From Boseongicola sp. (GTDB taxonomy: Bacteria; Pseudomonadota; Alphaproteobacteria; Rhodobacterales; Rhodobacteraceae): a stretch of DNA of 64,000 nucleotides. Below the pieces are notes generated by a model that was not told the origin of the DNA, searched no databases, and saw only the letters and a list, made by a program, of their open reading frames with translations. The stretch lies in NCBI GenBank assembly GCA_965267405.1, contig OZ253954.1:1593070-1657069 (forward strand), in the 5' to 3' direction. The translations under genes were made by a program, and so were the position numbers. The stretch's first letter is position 1; each line of letters starts with the position of its first letter. This document shows, piece by piece, positions 18,481 through 29,109 of this stretch.

Positions 18481-18951
18481 CTAATCGTCTTTTGACTTCT
18501 CGGGTTTGAACGGGGCCATGCCTGCGCGGGCCAACTCGTCGGCGCGTTCGTTTTCCGGATGGCCAGCGTGACCCTTCACCCATTCCCAAGTGACATCATG
18601 GCGAGTTTGCGCATCGTCGAGGCGTTGCCACAGATCGACATTCTTGACGGGCTTTTTCTGTGAGGTTCGCCAGCCGTTCTGCTTCCATCCGTGGATCCAC
18701 CCCGTGACGCCGTTTTTGACGTAGGCGGAATCCGTGACGACTGTAATTGACGACGGGCGCTCCAAAGCCTCAAGCGCATTGATGGCGGCCAAAAGCTCCA
18801 TGCGGTTGTTGGTTGTTTCGGGCTCGCCGCCGTTCAGCGTGCGCTCTTTAACGACGGTCTCGCCATCTTTTGCTTGCAGAAGTGCGCCCCAGCCGCCCGG
18901 ACCGGGATTTCCCGAACATGCACCGTCTGTATAGGCGTAAAGGTCTGTCAT
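18481..18951 (-). CDS. rnhA: ribonuclease HI
   Basis: [16 protein letters not shown]...TTNNRMEL.A...LE...V.V.TDS.YV..G...W...WK.NGW......VKN.DLW..L......W.WVKGH.G...NE.AD.LA. Confidence 0.95.
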   Translation of the reverse strand: MTDLYAYTDGACSGNPGPGGWGALLQAKDGETVVKERTLNGGEPETTNNRMELLAAINALEALERPSSITVVTDSAYVKNGVTGWIHGWKQNGWRTSQKKPVKNVDLWQRLDDAQTRHDVTWEWVKGHAGHPENERADELARAGMAPFKPEKSKDD

Positions 18952-19568
18952 GCTGGAATGTCGTCCAACTCAACGTATCCCGGTAATCCACGTATCCGAC
19001 CAAGCCATTCGTCGATGGCTGGAAATTGCGACATATCGAACCCTCCGTACGTGCCTGCCGTGTGGGTATAGGCGTACAAAGAGATGTCGGCGACACTTAT
19101 CCGATCGCCCGCCATCCACTTCCGATCCTCAAGGTGTGAATTCATCAACGCGAGAAGCTCGTGACCTCGATCTAACAACTCCGCCAAACGTTCGGGGGTC
19201 GCTAGATGGGCGCGGCTTGCATACTTCAAAAGAGCAGCACGCACTGCAATCACACCTTCATGCTGGTTCTGTTCCCAAAACATCCAGCCAAGCGCCTGCG
19301 CACGCGTGACAGGGTCGCGTGGTAACCATTCGGACCTGTCAGCCAGATAGCAAAGGATCGCATTTGATTCCGGCAGTCGTGTGCCATCTTCAAGTTCAAG
19401 CACCGGCATTTTTCCCAAAGGAAAGACGGCGTCTGCGTGGGCTTGCGCGATTGCTTCAGTTTCGTACTCAAGCCCAATGTGCTGATACGGCGTTTCCATC
19501 AACGCAAGCAGCAGTCGGACCTTGTAGCTGTTGCCGGAAGACGGCATTGAATACAGTTTGAGAGTCAT
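18948..19568 (-). CDS. glutathione S-transferase family protein
   Basis: [23 protein letters not shown]... is the thioredoxin-like N-domain, with [11 protein letters not shown] and SNAIL.YLA. The stop codon overlaps the rnhA start. Confidence 0.85.
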   Translation of the reverse strand: MTLKLYSMPSSGNSYKVRLLLALMETPYQHIGLEYETEAIAQAHADAVFPLGKMPVLELEDGTRLPESNAILCYLADRSEWLPRDPVTRAQALGWMFWEQNQHEGVIAVRAALLKYASRAHLATPERLAELLDRGHELLALMNSHLEDRKWMAGDRISVADISLYAYTHTAGTYGGFDMSQFPAIDEWLGRIRGLPGYVELDDIPA

Positions 19569-20164
19569 CAAGCTTTCCTGGCCAAAAGAATGATCCAAGG
19601 ATCCTTGGTTCCGCCCAATCCGACTTCTTCACCGAAATCACGACTGATGACGTCAAAACCCGCATCAGCCAGTAGTCCATCAAGCTCGTCTTCGGAATAA
19701 AACGCGTAAAACCGACCCAGCCCGTCGCGCCTTTCTCCATCACCGGTTTTCGTTCCCAGATGGAATATCCCGCCCGGTTTCAAAGCAGACGCGATCTGCC
19801 TTAAGTGGTCGGGCATGTCGGATTTCGGTGCATGGAGAAGTGAGAAATTGGCATAAATCCCGTCGAACGCCTCAACGTCATCCAAGTCGGCAAATTCCGC
19901 CAGGCGCACGTTCGCACCCGAACGCATGCGCGCCATTTCAGCGAACTCGGGTGACGCATCCAATCCTTCGGCGTCGAAACCAGATGACACCATTCCCGCA
20001 AGTGCATCGCCGGGTCCACATCCCAGATCCAACACGCGCCCGCCTTTGGGAACTTCGTCCAAAAATGCCTGAAGATGCCGGCCAATCTTACCCTCAGAGG
20101 CAAACCGCTTGGCATAGTCGCCAGCGCGTTCACGGTAAACGTCCAGGGTTTCGCGATCAGCCAT
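19568..20164 (-). CDS. class I SAM-dependent methyltransferase
   Basis: SAM-binding motif I VLDLGCGPGD and the post-I/II pattern (FDGIYANFSLLH, LKPGGIF). The start is trimmed to MADRETLDVY and overlaps the upstream stop codon. Confidence 0.8.
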   Translation of the reverse strand: MADRETLDVYRERAGDYAKRFASEGKIGRHLQAFLDEVPKGGRVLDLGCGPGDALAGMVSSGFDAEGLDASPEFAEMARMRSGANVRLAEFADLDDVEAFDGIYANFSLLHAPKSDMPDHLRQIASALKPGGIFHLGTKTGDGERRDGLGRFYAFYSEDELDGLLADAGFDVISRDFGEEVGLGGTKDPWIILLARKA

Positions 20165-20610
20165 CAGACAATCAAGACTCCCAGGCAGAAAACTACGACG
20201 GCAGTCAGGATGATCCGAAGTCGCATCCACCATTCTGGCGCAAGGCCCTGACGCCAAAAACTCCAATCAAGCAGTAGCAAACCAATGAAGCCAGCAATCA
20301 AGTAGACCGCGGACGTGAAAGCGCCGTCACCGACCATAAAGAAAGCCCAAAGTGCAGGAATGACACTTAGCACGTATCCCAGCGTTGCGCGTTCGCCGAC
20401 GGCCTTGGTCGCGAACCCCCAAAGTACCCCGGACATGAATGCAAGAATGATTGTTCCGTACTGGATCAAAACGATTGGTCCGACGAACCGCGGTCCAAGG
20501 TTTGCAATGCCCCACGAAAACAGATCCGGGGATAGCAGCGTTGCCGCTCCCCATATGAAGGGCAGCAAACCTGAAAGGCCAAGTATCAGTGCCGAACGCG
20601 GGATATTCAC
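20164..20610 (-). CDS. DUF3429-like integral membrane protein
   Basis: 148 aa, 4-5 TM helices, with LGLSGLLPF and YGAIILSF-like (YGTIILAFMSGVLWG) blocks as I recall for DUF3429. Confidence 0.6.
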   Translation of the reverse strand: MNIPRSALILGLSGLLPFIWGAATLLSPDLFSWGIANLGPRFVGPIVLIQYGTIILAFMSGVLWGFATKAVGERATLGYVLSVIPALWAFFMVGDGAFTSAVYLIAGFIGLLLLDWSFWRQGLAPEWWMRLRIILTAVVVFCLGVLIV

Positions 20611-21074
20611 GGTGTCTTTCTTAGCTCCATTGCCAATTTTGAAATGCGTTTCGCACGTGTCTCAGCGCGCTTAGCGGAATTGATCTGATACAAGTGTCCG
20701 CGCTTCTTTCCGGGCGTAAGTTGATCCCAATTTGAAAGCGCTTCGCACTCTGTAAGTGCCTGGATGACGTCGCCCGGAGTTTCGACGTTGTCAGGATCGG
20801 CCTTTCTCAACCGCATCTCGAAAACCTCGCCCGGCACTACACCGGTTTCTTCCAAAAGTGACTTCCCTGCCCACAGAAACTGGCCTTCCACAACCGGAGC
20901 CTTCGTCAAAGCCAAATTGACCGGGTGGTCGTTCATCTCACCTTCGACACGTTTCGCACCTTGCTTTGCGAGTTCGTGCTCGATGTCCTTTGGAAGACGC
21001 ACAATAGTGTACGTCGCCTTTCCCCATTCCAGCGGTTCCACCACTCCGTCAAAGCTTAGGTAAGCGTCAGACAT
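20607..21074 (-). CDS. DUF1905/YdeI-like protein
   Basis: The N-terminal half has the DUF1905 pattern (W..TYTIVRLP.D....L). The C-terminal half resembles YdeI/OmpD-associated proteins (L..W..LTPGKKR......I..AK..ETR.KRI). Confidence 0.6.
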   Translation of the reverse strand: MSDAYLSFDGVVEPLEWGKATYTIVRLPKDIEHELAKQGAKRVEGEMNDHPVNLALTKAPVVEGQFLWAGKSLLEETGVVPGEVFEMRLRKADPDNVETPGDVIQALTECEALSNWDQLTPGKKRGHLYQINSAKRAETRAKRISKLAMELRKTP

Positions 21075-21079
21075 ACAAC

Positions 21080-22030
21080 TCAGGCCGGTTCTCGAAGAAC
21101 GCGTGGCACTTTAAATTCAACGTTTTCGACAGCAGTTTCGACCAACTCAACAGAGACGTTGAAATGATCTTTAAACGCATCGATCACTTCGTTGACCAGG
21201 ACCTCCGGTGCGCTCGCTCCAGCAGTTACGCCTACGGTGGTTATGCCATCCAAGGCACGCCAGTCGATATCTGATGCCCGCTGAACAAGTTGCGAATATT
21301 CGCAGCCTGCCGCCTGACCCACTTCGACCAAACGCTTTGAGTTCGATGAATTGGGCGCGCCAATAACCAACAAAGCATCAATTTTCGACGCGACTGCCTT
21401 GACTGCTTCCTGGCGATTGGTTGTCGCGTAACAGATGTCTTCTTTATGCGGACCAACGATTGTCGGGAAGCGCGACTGAAGCGCCGCAACGATATCTGCA
21501 GTGTCATCCACTGAAAGAGTGGTCTGCGTGATATAGGCAAGCTGCTCTGGATCGCGCGGTGCAATTGACGCGACATCCTCTACAGTTTCGACCAATATCA
21601 CTTCGCCGTCCGGTAATTGACCCATCGTGCCGACAGTTTCGGGATGGCCATCGTGTCCGATCATAACCATCTGAAGTCCATTTGAGTGGTGCCGCTCGGC
21701 TTCAATGTGAACCTTGCTGACCAACGGACAGGTGGCGTCGACAAACACCATTTCTCTTTTCGCGGCTGCTGCTGGAACGGATTTGGGTACACCGTGCGCT
21801 GAAAATATTACCGGTCGGTCGTCGGGGCATTCATCAAGCTCCTCGACAAACACCGCGCCCTTTTCACGTAGCCCATCCACAACGAATTTATTGTGAACGA
21901 TCTCGTGTCGAACGAAGACCGGAGCCCCCCACTTATCAAGAGCCATTTCGACGATCTTGATCGCTCTATCTACCCCCGCGCAAAATCCGCGTGGTGCAGC
22001 AAGGTAAAGTGTAAGATCAGGCTTTGTCAT
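21080..22030 (-). CDS. ispH: 4-hydroxy-3-methylbut-2-enyl diphosphate reductase
   Basis: [59 protein letters not shown] and APNSSNS form the full IspH/LytB signature, including three Fe-S cysteines. Confidence 0.96.
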   Translation of the reverse strand: MTKPDLTLYLAAPRGFCAGVDRAIKIVEMALDKWGAPVFVRHEIVHNKFVVDGLREKGAVFVEELDECPDDRPVIFSAHGVPKSVPAAAAKREMVFVDATCPLVSKVHIEAERHHSNGLQMVMIGHDGHPETVGTMGQLPDGEVILVETVEDVASIAPRDPEQLAYITQTTLSVDDTADIVAALQSRFPTIVGPHKEDICYATTNRQEAVKAVASKIDALLVIGAPNSSNSKRLVEVGQAAGCEYSQLVQRASDIDWRALDGITTVGVTAGASAPEVLVNEVIDAFKDHFNVSVELVETAVENVEFKVPRVLREPA

Positions 22031-22225
22031 CTCATGCTCTCCGCTCGCCTAGAGGTAAGCGGTTCGCATGGATCCGTCCAGCCTTGAGACGTAGATGCCG
22101 CAAGACGATTTGTCATGACGTCAATCACACAGGGGTTCGGTAAGCATTCAGGACCAACTTGGTGGGTCGGTCCTGAAAACAGAGATACTTTGAACCAAAT
22201 GGCAGCCCAACACGGCGTAGCGGCC

Positions 22226-22783
22226 TTATGGTTCCATTGGCATATCCTGATCGTCACGCGGCGGCCTGCCAATGACGTCACGCAACTCTTCAAGTTCGAT
22301 GAAGTTGTCGGCCTGACGGCGCAGTTCATCCGCGATCATTGGTGGTTGGCTGCGAATGGTCGAAACAACCGATACGCGCACACCTTGACGCTGCAGACTT
22401 TCTACCAACGGGCGGAAATCGCCGTCGCCTGAAAACAGGACTATGTGATCCAGCCGAGGTGCTAGTTCCATGGCATCGACCGTGAGTTCGATGTCCATAT
22501 TTCCTTTGACTTTCCGGCGACCCTGGCTGTCTGTGAATTCCTTCGCGGTCTTTGTGACCATGTTGAAACCGTTGTAGTGCAACCAATCAACCAACGGCCG
22601 AATCGGAGAGTACTCATCATTTTCCAAAAGTGCCGTGTAGTAGAAAGCGCGCAAAAGCTTTCCGCGGCGCTTAAATTCCTGACGCAGGAGTTTGTAATCA
22701 ATATCAAACCCCAACGCCTTCGCGGCGGCATACAAATTTGCGCCGTCGATGAACAGCGCAAGCCGCTCGTCCCTATAGAACAT
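22226..22783 (-). CDS. NYN/LabA-like domain protein
   Basis: RLALFIDGANLY.....LGF.IDY..L........L.RA.YYTA, KGNMD.EL.VDAM and LFSGDGDF..LV..LQ..G..V are the NYN (LabA) pattern. The start is trimmed to MFYRDE after GGAAGGA. Confidence 0.8.
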   Translation of the reverse strand: MFYRDERLALFIDGANLYAAAKALGFDIDYKLLRQEFKRRGKLLRAFYYTALLENDEYSPIRPLVDWLHYNGFNMVTKTAKEFTDSQGRRKVKGNMDIELTVDAMELAPRLDHIVLFSGDGDFRPLVESLQRQGVRVSVVSTIRSQPPMIADELRRQADNFIELEELRDVIGRPPRDDQDMPMEP

Positions 22784-23124
22784 TAAGTGTCCTTCCTGAT
22801 TTTTTGGCTGGGTTCCATCCTTGAGTGAGTGGTACGGCTTGGAGCCAGCCAGCGGGCGTAAGTAAAGGTAAACTCCCGGTTCGCGCAACTGTCTAAATGG
22901 CTAAAAATTAGACACGCTAAAGAAGTTTTGTACAAAATTTCACTTTTTAGGCGAGTGCTCCCTATTAAGTTTCGCGCTTTGGTCGCATATAGCTCTTGGA
23001 TTGTCGCGGGGAAAAGGCAAATATCTTTCCCCCCGCACAGTCGAATTTGCGCAGAATGACCTTGTGTTTTCTGGGCGATCCCCCTAGGTAAGCGCTCTGA
23101 TCCCATTGATTGACGGAGACCACG

Positions 23125-23478
23125 ATGGCCCGCGTGACGGTAGAAGATTGCGTTGACAAGGTTCCGAACCGATTTGACTTGGTAATGCTGGCAGCTCATC
23201 GGGCGCGCGAGATTTCCGAAGGTGCTTCGATTACGGTTGATCGTGACAACGATAAAAACCCTGTCGTGTCGCTGCGTGAAATCGCCGAAGAAACGCAGTC
23301 TTCGGAAGAGCTGCGCGAACGTATGATCGAAAGCCATCAGACGCAGATCGAGGTGGATGAGCCTGAGGAAGACGCAATGGCACTTTTGATGGGTGCTGAA
23401 AGCGATAAGCCTGCAGATGATGATATGAGCGAAGAAAAACTTCTTCGCGCGCTAATGGAAGCTCAGCGGCAGCCATAA
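23125..23478 (+). CDS. rpoZ: DNA-directed RNA polymerase subunit omega
   Basis: [28 protein letters not shown] is the canonical RpoZ N-terminus. GGAG RBS. Confidence 0.95.
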   Translation: MARVTVEDCVDKVPNRFDLVMLAAHRAREISEGASITVDRDNDKNPVVSLREIAEETQSSEELRERMIESHQTQIEVDEPEEDAMALLMGAESDKPADDDMSEEKLLRALMEAQRQP

Positions 23479-23510
23479 CGCCATCGGCGCCGGTCTGTTG
23501 AGGATGACAG

Positions 23511-25631
23511 ATGATTGACGCCGACGACCTTGTCGCACTGGTCCAGAACTACAACCCGAAGACCGACTGTGATCTGATCAGGCGTGCCTATGCCTATGGG
23601 CAAGAGATGCACGAAGGGCAGCTCCGCCACTCCGGGGAACCTTACTTCACCCATCCCGTCGCCGTCGCGGCTATTTTGACCGAGCAGCAGCTTGATGATG
23701 CGACCATCGTCACCGCACTGCTTCACGACACAATTGAAGACACCCGGTCCACTTACTCGGAAGTTGAATCGCGCTTCGGCACCGAGATTGCTGAACTGGT
23801 CGACGGCGTTACTAAGCTGACCAATCTTCAGCTCAGCTCCACCGAGACCAAGCAAGCGGAAAACTTCCGCAAGCTCTTCATGGCGATGTCGAAAGACCTC
23901 CGCGTGATTTTGGTTAAGCTTAGTGACCGGTTGCATAACATGCGCACCATCCGCTCGATGAAGGTCGAGAAGCAGGGCCAGAAAGCCCGCGAGACGATGG
24001 AAATCTTCGCGCCACTCGCGGGTCGCATGGGTATGCAGTGGATGCGCGAAGAGCTCGAGGATTTGGCTTTCCGAGTTCTTAACCCTGAGGCCCGAAACTC
24101 GATCATCCGCCGGTTCATTACGCTGCAACGTGAAACGGGCGATGTTATCCAAAAGATTACATCTGACATCGAGACCGAGCTCGACAAAGCCGGAATTGAA
24201 GCCAGCGTGCTTGGTCGCGCGAAAAAGCCCTATTCAATCTGGCGGAAGATGGAAGAAAAAGAGATCGGGTTCTCCCGTCTTTCTGACATCTACGGGTTCC
24301 GTATCATCGTGAACACCGAGGCAGATTGTTATGCTGCTCTTGGTGCCGTGCATCAGCGATGGCGCGCCGTGCCCGGTCGCTTCAAGGACTACATCAGCCA
24401 ACCAAAATCGAACGGCTATCGCTCGATCCATACGACGGTTTCAGGTCGGGACGGCAAACGCGTTGAAGTGCAGATCCGGACGCAAGAGATGCACGATGTT
24501 GCTGAAGCCGGCGTCGCTGCACATTGGGCCTATCGCGACGGTGTTCGCGCAGAGAACCCCTTTGCCGTCGATCCGGCCAAGTGGATTTCCAACCTTACCG
24601 AGCGCTTCAATACCGAAGAAGACCACGACGAGTTTCTCGAAGCCGTCAAGCTTGAGATGTATGCCGACCAGGTCTTCTGTTTCACGCCCAAAGGTGATGT
24701 TGTGAAACTACCGCGCGGCGCAACACCTTTGGACTTTGCGTACGCTATTCATACGCGAATCGGGGACAGCTGTGTTGGTGCCAAGGTCGATGCAATCCGG
24801 GTCCCGCTTTGGACCCGCCTGAAAAACGGCCAGTCGGTTGAGATTTTGACTGCAGAAGGTCAAAGGCCGCAATCAACCTGGATCGATATTGTTGCGACTG
24901 GTCGTGCAAAAACGGCAATCCGCCGCTCGCTCAGGGAAGAAGATAGAGAGCGGTTCACCAAACTTGGTCGCGAATTGGTTCGCGTTGCCTTTGACCACGT
25001 TAGCAAACGCGCAACCGACAAGGCCTTGTCGACGGCCGCGAAGCAGTTGGGCTTGAGCAACACGACCGAACTTCTGGCGCGTGTCGGTTCGGCAGAGTTA
25101 ACGGCGCGAGAAGTGCTGCAGACGGTTTATCCTGATCTGGCCGAGAAGAAGGGCGAAGAGATCGATGCCGCTCGTGCGGTCGTCGGGTTGAAACCAAGTC
25201 AAACGTTCAGACGTGCTCTTTGCTGCCAACCGGTACCCGGCGAACGGATTGTCGGCATCAGCTATCGTGGCAAAGGCGTAATGATTCACGCAATAGATTG
25301 CGGAGCCTTGGCCGAGTTTGAGGATGAACCGGACCGTTGGGTCGACCTCCACTGGCAGGAAGGCCGTCATCCCGCGGTCCATGCCATTAGTTTGGATCTG
25401 ACGATTGCCAATGACAGCGGGGTACTGGGACGTATTTGCACCGTTATCGGCGAACAAAAGGCAAATATTTCGGATTTGGTGTTTATTGACAGGAAGCCGG
25501 ACTTTTATCGCCTTATTGTCGACGTGGAATTACGCGATAGTGAGCACCTGCATGCGGTGATGCTCGCCCTTGAAGCGGACAGCGATGTGGCGGGGGTTCA
25601 TCGGCATCGGGATCTCGAACGTAGACCTTAG
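23511..25631 (+). CDS. spoT: bifunctional (p)ppGpp synthetase/hydrolase (RSH, SpoT/Rel)
   Basis: HD hydrolase domain (HPVAVA..L......D...I.A.LLHD..EDT), synthetase domain (RAKKPYSIWRKM, YRSIHT), then TGS and ACT regions. Confidence 0.96.
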   Translation: MIDADDLVALVQNYNPKTDCDLIRRAYAYGQEMHEGQLRHSGEPYFTHPVAVAAILTEQQLDDATIVTALLHDTIEDTRSTYSEVESRFGTEIAELVDGVTKLTNLQLSSTETKQAENFRKLFMAMSKDLRVILVKLSDRLHNMRTIRSMKVEKQGQKARETMEIFAPLAGRMGMQWMREELEDLAFRVLNPEARNSIIRRFITLQRETGDVIQKITSDIETELDKAGIEASVLGRAKKPYSIWRKMEEKEIGFSRLSDIYGFRIIVNTEADCYAALGAVHQRWRAVPGRFKDYISQPKSNGYRSIHTTVSGRDGKRVEVQIRTQEMHDVAEAGVAAHWAYRDGVRAENPFAVDPAKWISNLTERFNTEEDHDEFLEAVKLEMYADQVFCFTPKGDVVKLPRGATPLDFAYAIHTRIGDSCVGAKVDAIRVPLWTRLKNGQSVEILTAEGQRPQSTWIDIVATGRAKTAIRRSLREEDRERFTKLGRELVRVAFDHVSKRATDKALSTAAKQLGLSNTTELLARVGSAELTAREVLQTVYPDLAEKKGEEIDAARAVVGLKPSQTFRRALCCQPVPGERIVGISYRGKGVMIHAIDCGALAEFEDEPDRWVDLHWQEGRHPAVHAISLDLTIANDSGVLGRICTVIGEQKANISDLVFIDRKPDFYRLIVDVELRDSEHLHAVMLALEADSDVAGVHRHRDLERRP

Positions 25632-25652
25632 AAAGGACTAAGGGGAAAACGG

Positions 25653-26336
25653 GTGGTCTTTAAACGGCGCACACCACGCACGTATTTTGAAGCGTTTGCA
25701 GAAACCTTCTATCCGAAGGGCGGATGGCGTCGTGCGCTCTGGTACGTGGTTTATCGCGTCCGTCGCCTTCCTGATCCGGCACACAAGATTGCGCGTGGTA
25801 TCGCTGCTGGCGTCTTCACCTGCTTCACACCGTTTTTTGGTTTGCATTTCCTTGTGGCGGCGACTTTGGCGTGGGTGTTGCGTGGGAACATGATGGCCGC
25901 GCTGCTTGCGACCTTCTTTGGCAATCCGATCACCTTTCCGTTCATCGCGGCAATTTCCATGGAACTGGGCGCTTGGATCCTCAACCGCCCCCCATTGCCG
26001 CTTCCCATAGTTCTGTCAGCATTTTCGGATGCCGCGCTTGAGCTGTGGCGAAACTTCATGGCCGTTTTTACGGCTGAACCAACACGATGGGGCAGCTTGT
26101 CCGGCTTCTTCGATCGTTTCTTCCTGACATATCTCGTTGGTGGTCTCTTGCCCGGTTTCGCGACGGCGATCGCGTTTTACATTCTGTCGACGCCCGTCCT
26201 GAACGCCTATCAAAAAGCGCGGGTCGCGCGACTGAAGAAGAAGTTCGCCAAAAAGCGCGAGAAGGTTGAAGCAAAGCGCGCCGCCAGCAAACAAATCGAT
26301 GTGGTCAGTCAAAGCCACGATCGCGCAGCGGAATGA
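25653..26336 (+). CDS. DUF2062 membrane protein
   Basis: P...A.G.A.GVF....P.FG.H........A...R.N.......T...NP.T pattern with 3-4 TM helices and a Lys-rich tail. Confidence 0.65.
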   Translation: MVFKRRTPRTYFEAFAETFYPKGGWRRALWYVVYRVRRLPDPAHKIARGIAAGVFTCFTPFFGLHFLVAATLAWVLRGNMMAALLATFFGNPITFPFIAAISMELGAWILNRPPLPLPIVLSAFSDAALELWRNFMAVFTAEPTRWGSLSGFFDRFFLTYLVGGLLPGFATAIAFYILSTPVLNAYQKARVARLKKKFAKKREKVEAKRAASKQIDVVSQSHDRAAE

Positions 26337-26381
26337 TATCAGCTTCTTGCCCTAGGCGCGCTGTCGTGCGACCTGAAAGGC

Positions 26382-27098
26382 ATGGCAAAGACAACCAAGA
26401 GCAGAAAAAAGCCATCGACCAAGAAGCAACGCCGTATTCGCCCAATACGCTGGGCGTTTAGGGTTGGTCTCTCTTTCTTTGGGGCAGTTCTGATCGCGGT
26501 TTCGATCTATGCGGTGGTGCCGCCACCTTCGACGCCATACATCCTGAGTGAGGGTCTCCGACTTGGCGGAATTCAACGGAAGTGGGTGCCAATCGATGAC
26601 GTTGCAACGGTCGTCGCGCGCTCAGTTGTTGCGGCGGAAGACGCGAACTTTTGCCTGCACTGGGGCTTCGATATGGAGCAGCTACGTGCCGCAATTGAAA
26701 CCGGCGCAGACCGGGGCGCCTCTACATTAACCCAACAGACTGTGAAGAATGTCTGGCTCTGGCAGGGCCGCAGCTGGCCGCGCAAAGCTCTTGAAGCGGT
26801 GATAACGCCAATGGTCGAGATTGTTTGGTCGAAAAGACGGATCGTTGAAGTCTATTTGAACATGGTGGAGTTCGACACCGGCGTCTTTGGAATTGAGGCT
26901 GCAGCTCAGCACCATTTTGGAAAACCGGCCGCGAAACTAAACGCGCGTGAAGCCGCACTTTTGGCGGCCGTTCTGCCCAATCCAAAAGAGCGGCAGGCGG
27001 TAAATCCGTCCTCAGCAACGAACCGCCGCGCGCGGTCTATCGCCGATGGCGCAGCCACAATCGGTCGTGATGGACGAGCAGCTTGTTTCGAGGATTGA
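26382..27098 (+). CDS. mtgA: monofunctional biosynthetic peptidoglycan transglycosylase
   Basis: GT51 motifs: AAEDANFC.H.GFD, GASTLTQQ..KN..LW, SW.RK..E and RI.E.YLN..EFG.G.FG.EAA. Confidence 0.9.
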   Translation: MAKTTKSRKKPSTKKQRRIRPIRWAFRVGLSFFGAVLIAVSIYAVVPPPSTPYILSEGLRLGGIQRKWVPIDDVATVVARSVVAAEDANFCLHWGFDMEQLRAAIETGADRGASTLTQQTVKNVWLWQGRSWPRKALEAVITPMVEIVWSKRRIVEVYLNMVEFDTGVFGIEAAAQHHFGKPAAKLNAREAALLAAVLPNPKERQAVNPSSATNRRARSIADGAATIGRDGRAACFED

Positions 27099-27144
27099 TT
27101 TCGCCCCGGGAATTGCGCCAAAAGGCGACATCAAAGGTAGTCGC

Positions 27145-27810
27145 ATGATCCGATTGTATCACGTTCCGTTGTCGCCGTTTTGCCGCAAGGTTCGGCTGTC
27201 GCTGGCGGAAAAGAAGCTAGAAGTCGAACTGGTCGAAGAGCGCTATTGGGAGCGTGACGCGGATTTTCTGCGTCGTAATCCTGCAGGCAAGGTGCCGGTT
27301 CTGAAGATCGATGGCCTAACTTTGTCGGAAAGCGCAGCCATTTGCGAATACATAGAAGAGAAGTATCCGACACCGGCTTTGCTCCCGGCAGACCCCGGCG
27401 CGCGCCACGAAGTGCGCCGATTGGTCGGATGGTTCGATGACAAGTTTCATAACGAAGTAACTTCGAAGCTTCTGTACGAACGCGTGAACAAAAAGATCAC
27501 GAAAGAGGGCTATCCGGACAGCACGAACGTCAAAGCGGGCGCGAGAGCAATCAAGATGCACCTTGACTACATGGGGTGGCTTTTGGATCAGCGGCGTTGG
27601 TTGGCTGGAAGTGAACTGAGTTTGGCAGATTTCGCCGCCGCCGCGCACCTTTCGGCGCTGGATTATATTTCGGATGTGAACTGGAACCAGTTCGAAGGTG
27701 TGCGCGATTGGTACGCTCGGATCAAATCGCGACCAGCATTCCGCGGGTTATTGGCAGATGCCGTTCCCGGGTTTCCGCCGCCGTCACATTACGCAGACTT
27801 GGATTTCTGA
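27145..27810 (+). CDS. glutathione S-transferase family protein
   Basis: MIRLYHVPLSPFCRKVRLSLAEK, GKVPVL and ESAAICEYIEE make up the N-domain, followed by a helical C-domain. The start is trimmed from the ORF-track 27046. Confidence 0.8.
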   Translation: MIRLYHVPLSPFCRKVRLSLAEKKLEVELVEERYWERDADFLRRNPAGKVPVLKIDGLTLSESAAICEYIEEKYPTPALLPADPGARHEVRRLVGWFDDKFHNEVTSKLLYERVNKKITKEGYPDSTNVKAGARAIKMHLDYMGWLLDQRRWLAGSELSLADFAAAAHLSALDYISDVNWNQFEGVRDWYARIKSRPAFRGLLADAVPGFPPPSHYADLDF

Positions 27811-27917
27811 AGGCCTTGCTTCGTAACCGGAGAATGTAGTCAAACTTCAACGACGTGGTGGAAGATGGAGACGGGCTTTTTGGTTCGATCCTTCCGCTGA
27901 ATGCTTTGGGGCCGTTG

Positions 27918-28964
27918 ATGTGTGACGAGACAGTTAAAGATCGATTGATCCGGGAAGCGCTCGATGCGGGATTCGCCCTGGCCCGCATTTGTACGCCAGA
28001 TGCTGTTCCCGATGTTCCCGACCGCCTGAACGCGTTTCTGAGCGCTGGCTATCACGGCCAAATGCAATGGCTTTCCGATCGATCGGATTGGCGCGGTGAT
28101 CCACGGAAGCTTTGGCCAGACGCGCGGTCGATCATTATGTTGGCCGATCCCTATACCCCTGATCACGATCCATTGGATGATCTGGAAAACCAAGATCACG
28201 GAGTGATCTCGGTCTATGCTCGCAACAAAGACTATCACGACGTGGCGAAGAAACGGCTGAAGCGTCTTGCCCGATGGCTGGTGGCTGAGACGGGCTGTGA
28301 AGTGAAAGTGTTTGTCGACACTGCTCCGGTAGCCGAAAAACCACTCGCGGAAGCCGCGGGTTTAGGGTGGCAGGGCAAACATACAAATCTGGTGTCGCGC
28401 GAACTTGGGAATTGGTTTTTTCTTGGGGCGATCTTCACGACACTCGACCTGCCCCCAGACGCGCCTGAGGTCGACCATTGCGGTAACTGTACGCGGTGCC
28501 TGGATATTTGTCCGACTGACGCTTTTCCGACGCCATACCAATTGGATGCGCGCCTTTGCATCTCGTATCTGACAATCGAGCACAAAGGCCCGATAGCCCC
28601 AGAGCTTCGATCCAAAATGGGAAACCGCATTTACGGATGCGACGACTGTTTGGCGGTCTGCCCTTGGAACAAGTTTAGCGCGACCGCCCGCGACATGAGA
28701 TATGCGGCGCGCGATGATCTCGTCTCTCCAAATCTGGGAGAGCTGGCGCAATTGGATGATGCTGCATTCCGCACAAAGTTTTCGGGCTCGCCCATCAAGA
28801 GAATCGGGCGTAACAGATTCGTAAGAAACGTGCTTTATGCGATCGGGAACTCGGGCAACGCGGACTTTCTGGACGTCGTTTCAAGTTTAAAGATCGATTC
28901 AGATGCAACTGTTTGCGATGCAGCCCATTGGGCAGAAGCGAGAATTCGCCAAATGGGCGAGTAG
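27918..28964 (+). CDS. queG: epoxyqueuosine reductase
   Basis: YHG.M.WL, ISVYA...DYH, GLGW.GKHTNL and two 4Fe-4S clusters ([13 protein letters not shown] and [13 protein letters not shown]). The start is uncertain; GTG 27855 is the alternative. Confidence 0.88.
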   Translation: MCDETVKDRLIREALDAGFALARICTPDAVPDVPDRLNAFLSAGYHGQMQWLSDRSDWRGDPRKLWPDARSIIMLADPYTPDHDPLDDLENQDHGVISVYARNKDYHDVAKKRLKRLARWLVAETGCEVKVFVDTAPVAEKPLAEAAGLGWQGKHTNLVSRELGNWFFLGAIFTTLDLPPDAPEVDHCGNCTRCLDICPTDAFPTPYQLDARLCISYLTIEHKGPIAPELRSKMGNRIYGCDDCLAVCPWNKFSATARDMRYAARDDLVSPNLGELAQLDDAAFRTKFSGSPIKRIGRNRFVRNVLYAIGNSGNADFLDVVSSLKIDSDATVCDAAHWAEARIRQMGE

Positions 28965-29109
28965 ATCGCACGAATTTTCAGCAGATTTCGCGGGTTGATG
29001 CGGAAGTGTCCGCATAGCGAAGACAGATTGTTTCTTTCCCTGAATCTTAGTGCATTGTTCAGGAACTCGTCCTATTTTCGATGGGCGGGGGCGCAAACAG
29101 CAGATTGAA

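Noticed and set aside
22031-22225. Possible sRNA or terminator in the ispH-NYN spacer (hairpin AGGACC-N13-GGTCCT and palindrome TGACGTCA)
   Set aside because: The hairpin lacks a U-tract in the orientation that would terminate the NYN gene. The 8-nt palindrome is short enough to occur by chance. This is most simply the ispH promoter/5' UTR region.
22783-23337. 184-aa minus-strand ORF covering the NYN-rpoZ spacer
   Set aside because: Its 3' half is antisense to rpoZ and the remainder runs through the AT-rich non-coding region. There is no RBS and no family resemblance. It was treated as spurious.
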